The notes beneath the pieces were generated by a model. The model did not search any database. It was not told where the DNA came from and saw only the letters and a list, made by a program, of their open reading frames with translations. Below are positions 60,050-64,000 of a DNA stretch of 64,000 nt, piece by piece. The stretch comes from Macrostomum hystrix (Eukaryota > Animalia > Platyhelminthes). The position numbers and the translations under genes were made by a program. Position 1 is the first letter of the stretch. Each line of letters starts with the position of its first letter. The DNA lies in contig CATNEN010000003.1 of assembly GCA_950097015.1 (NCBI GenBank), positions 15,996,001 through 16,060,000 on the forward strand. The letters are read 5' to 3'.

Positions 60050-63000
60050 CGCCCTGAGCCCGCTCCGCCCTGCTCCGCCCCGCTCCGCACCGCCACTCCT
60101 CCGCGCTGCCATTCCACCGCTCTCCCGTTACACTGTCTCGCCGTCTGTTCCCTGCCTTACTTTTGCTGCCACTTGATTTTGACTCGTCTCCCAGTCAGCC
60201 TTACTTTGTTTGTTCGTCATCGCCAGAGCTCCTGCACCTGCCTTTAATTATTACCTATTGTCGTGCGCCCCAGTGGATCAATTAAAAAATATAGTGCTAC
60301 CGCTACACTACGTTGACCAGAATTGAGGATTCTAAGACTGCCGACTTGCCTTTGTTGTCCGCCTTAACAACGTCACACAGTGGATATTTACAAAGGTGAC
60401 TGTTTTCAGCACCTGCTAACAGCTGTTCCAATTGGCAATCTAAAGTGCGAAATGCATCGCTATAAAAAACTTTTATTTCTTTGCTTTATACTTACTGTCT
60501 GTAATTTAGAACCAGTGCTGCCATTCTTAGCGTCTTTTTTAGCAATTGGCAGCTTTCATGAGTTGTTTCTTGACACTGCATTATTTCTTTACTCAACCAA
60601 AAAGAAACACCCTCAAACCCATAGAACTACCTTCAACCCCATATAATATAATTCTCAACCTGACAGAATTGCTCTTAGTATATTGGATATAGTAAATTTG
60701 TCAGGCGGGATGAGCGGCAGCTTTGACCCGACAATCGCGGAGCAGGCGTCGGCAGCTGTGGCAGTGATTTTCGATCTTTACGTTTGCCAGCCCCTGTAAG
60801 CGTCGTGGTCGACCCAAAGGTGTTGATCGTCTGGTGAAGAGCAGAAAGCCGAGCCCTGACAGTATCACAGCAGCGCAGTGCATGATCGGCAGTTGCAGAC
60901 TGATGATGCGGATGATCAAGGATGGAGATTTAGTGATCGAAAAGAACGGATCTGTAGATACCACCGATTTAATGAATCATATGCACTAATCGATCCACAT
61001 TGGCGAGCTGTTCGAGGCTGGCTTCAGCCTGGCTCAGGTGAACCGATTTGACGAAGACTATCGCTGCAAACAGGCCGAGACCGGCATGCGCTGGGGCAAG
61101 GAGTCCTTTCAGCTTGTGGCGAAGCATTTGATCAAAGCCGGAGCTCCTGCCAATCCGGCAGCAAATAAGTCAGCATCGCAGTCTTGGCAGCAGCGCTTTC
61201 AGAACCAGAAGCCAATAGACCCCAGAAGCCTCAGGACCCCAGACGGGGAGGAAATCTGCTTGCATTTCAAACGCAGGGGCTGCTTCCGGTCAAGTGGCAA
61301 ATTCCGGCAAATCTACCGCATCTGCTTTGAGGCCCACCCGGAGGCCAACCACCCCACAAGAAACTAATAGCGGCGGTGCCCAATTTTCATCCCGAGAACC
61401 CGTCCAGTGAGCGGCCTAATATCAATTTTATCAATCCAACTGCTCAGAGTGGAGGAGATAGTCTGCGTTTTTGTTCGTGGAAGTCGGAGCTGTTGGATGA
61501 TCCGGATCGCGATTTTATTTTAGACGGCATCGCGCTAATGGTTTTCGCATTACTGATGGCGAAGTGCTTCAGGAAACTTTTCATGCTAATTACATGTCAA
61601 CCGATGCTTATCATCGTGCTGTTGAGCTGCAGATTAAAGAGGAGATCGACAATGGTAGATATCTGGTGGTTGCCGGAAGCCAACTATGGTGAGCCCTCTG
61701 GGCGCCATTGCTAAAGAGTAAAGACAATGGGAAAGTTCGCCTTATTCACGACTGCAGCAAGCCCATAAGCTGCTCGGTTAATGACAACTATTCAAAAAAG
61801 CTCAGCCCAAAGTTCGAGTCCGTCAAGGAAGTCGCGTCTTCAATTGGAAAAGGCTGGTTTATGGCTAAGCTCGATCTCTCCCAGGCCTACAGAAGTGTTG
61901 CTATTCACCCGGAGGACTATCAGGCAACGGGCATTGGATGGCGTTTTAAAGGCAGTCAAGACCTGACGTGGCTCGCTCGTTGACACACGGCTGCCATTCG
62001 GTAGCTGCGCCTCGGTCGAGATTTTCTACCGTCTGACCCAGGCGGTCAAGAGAATGATGGTGCGGCGTGGCCAAAGCAACGTGTCAGTCTACCTGGATGA
62101 CTTCCTGGTTGCCGCGTAGAGTAAGGAGGAGTGCATGAAGGCCCTTAACGAGCTGATCAGGTTGGTACGCGAACTCGGATTTGGCGTCAACTAGAGCAAG
62201 CTGGTGGAGCCAACTGAATGTCTGGTGTACCTCGGAGTTAAGATCGATACCGTGCGTGGCGTTCTCGGAATTCCGGCTGAGAAGTGTGAGGTGTTGCGCG
62301 ATACTCTGCTTAGCTTCTCGCAGCGTAGGCGCCTCTCGAAGCGCCAGCTTTCGTCGCTCTGTGGCAAGCTCAGTTGGGTCGTTCGGGTGGTGCATTCTGG
62401 GAGCTGTTTCCTCAGGCCCCTGTTCGACTTGCTAAAAGCTCTTCACAAGCCACATCAAAAGATCCGTGTGTCCGCTGTCACCGTGCGTATTTTATTGTGG
62501 TGGCGTAGCGCCCTTCAGCAGTTTCCTGAGTTTCAGCTTTGTAGGCGTGATTCGAATTCCTGGGTCATCGAGACGGATGCCAGCAGTGTTGGCATTGTTA
62601 GCTATTTTTCGTAATGCTAACGGAATGGTTGATTGGCTGTACGTCAGGAACTGGATGCCGCAGGAGTGTTCAAGGACATGCATATTACGTACAAAGAAGC
62701 GATTGTTCCTCTCCTGGCGATTGTGCGCTGGAGTGCTTTGCTTAATAATAGTTCTGTGGTGTTCTACTCTGACTCTAGCGCCGCTGTCGGCATGATTAAT
62801 AGAGGTTGCTGCCGCAAGTCTGAGTTACAGCCGCTTTTTCAGAGCCATGCCATGCTAATCGCAGTTAGGCGCAGTGTCGAAGTGCGTGCGCTTCATGTGC
62901 CTGGTTGGTACCAGCTTTTCGCAGATCCGTGCTCTAGACTGCACTCTAGACAGCACACAGTGTGCAAGATGCGAGACTTTTTATTTCGTGTGTATGGAAC

Positions 63001-64000
63001 AGTTAACTGTAGCGCTACTGAAATTGCAAGCCAAACTTTCTGCCGTTCTGCTTCCGCCTTTCTCTTTTTTTCAGGCCCTCTGCGCCAGGCTCCCGACCGC
63101 CTCAGCCAGCGCTGAGCATTTCTCCTCGGCAATGCATTCGCTCCCCATGCACACGAAGCGCAGTTAGGCCTACCGGTCGCAGCTCGCGTCATGGTTGCGG
63201 TTCTGCAGCTCCAAGCGCTTGACACCAGCCCGAGCGCAGCCGGTACACGTGGCTGAATACCTAGCTGAGCTGTCCAATCGGCTGACCGCCTTCTGCAGTT
63301 GCCATGCGTATGCGAACGCAGTCTCTCTGTACTTCAGAGCGATTGGTCGGCCGGACCCGTGCGACACCGACGGTCAAGTGGGTGCTTCGATGCCTTCGCC
63401 GGTTTCTCGGTCGACAGCAACACTCGAAGGAGCCAATCCGAGTCGCCGATCTTCTCAAGCTGCACGCCTATCTTGACCAGAAATCACGCAAGAACATCGC
63501 TTTCTGGTCGGCGATTCTGACGGCCTGGTGGGGAATGCTGCGAAAGGCGAATGTCACCACGCAGGTAGGGGAGCTCGATCTGGTGCGCAATTTGTCAGCG
63601 TCGAGTGTCACCTTCTCGGAGCGCGACTGTGAGCTGGTAGTTCGTTTCAAGACGAACCAGTTTGGCGACAGAGTTCAGCGGGTGTTTCTTCCGAAGCTCG
63701 GATGGCGGGCTAGAGGCCATTTGCCCGTACCGAGCTCTGAAGCAGCAGCTGGCCGCGCTAACCTGGTGGATCAAGCCCCTGGTCCTGTTCATCTTTTTGC
63801 GACCAGGTCGGCGAACGGGTGGACGTCCCTGACAGCTAGCGGTTTCGAAGGCCGCCTCCGATCTCTGTGCGCTCCGGCGGGTTTTTTCGCCGCGTGTCTA
63901 TTCACAGGCCACGGGCTGCGGCGTGGCGGGGCTACGACGCCGATGCAGCTCGGTGTTACTCTGCCGGTAATCAAGCAGCTCGGCGACGGGAAGAGCGGCT
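60050..64000 (+). mobile_element. Degenerate Ngaro/DIRS tyrosine-recombinase retrotransposon (gag, RT, RNase H, YR), truncated by the window end
   Basis: gag Cys/His finger at ~61250-61360; RT RLIHDCS, KLDLSQAYR, LPFG, YLDD (~62089), YLGV; RNase H TDAS, YSDS, HVPG..ADxxSR; YR GMLR, KTNQ, CPY, GHGLRRGGAT, LGD; no methyltransferase seen. Confidence 0.92.

Overview
Eukaryotic, intron-containing, repeat-rich invertebrate DNA. GC-rich coding islands in an AT-rich background with many 19-51 bp minisatellites resemble the free-living flatworm Macrostomum (inference, not verified). Host genes reconstructed by hand from splice sites: (1) a minus-strand 7-exon nectin-like Ig-superfamily receptor (signal peptide, V, C2, C2, TM, tail with an ITIM-consensus motif) spanning 33289->16120, with two alternative last exons that both end in a T-x-V PDZ motif; (2) an inverted, diverged paralog at 52821-55455 that lacks Ig3 and has a frameshifted TM exon, so it is predicted soluble or a pseudogene; (3) a 3-exon clarin-family gene (42002-43096); (4) a secreted Thr/Ala mucin-like ORF (9833-10486); (5) an orphan multi-TM ORF (7955-8623). 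Mobile DNA: a near-intact RTE non-LTR retrotransposon with TSD whose 5' end is a candidate HDV-like ribozyme preceded by tandem copies (19 in all) of its own first 19 nt; a second RTE relic with a near-canonical HDV-like fold; an internally deleted RNase H-bearing LINE; hAT and MULE MITEs with TSDs; Tc1/IS630, MULE, Gypsy, Maverick/Polinton, Crypton-like and CACTA relics; and a Ngaro/DIRS tyrosine-recombinase retroelement running off the right end. About a dozen minisatellite arrays lie in the first 30 kb and essentially none in the last 30 kb.
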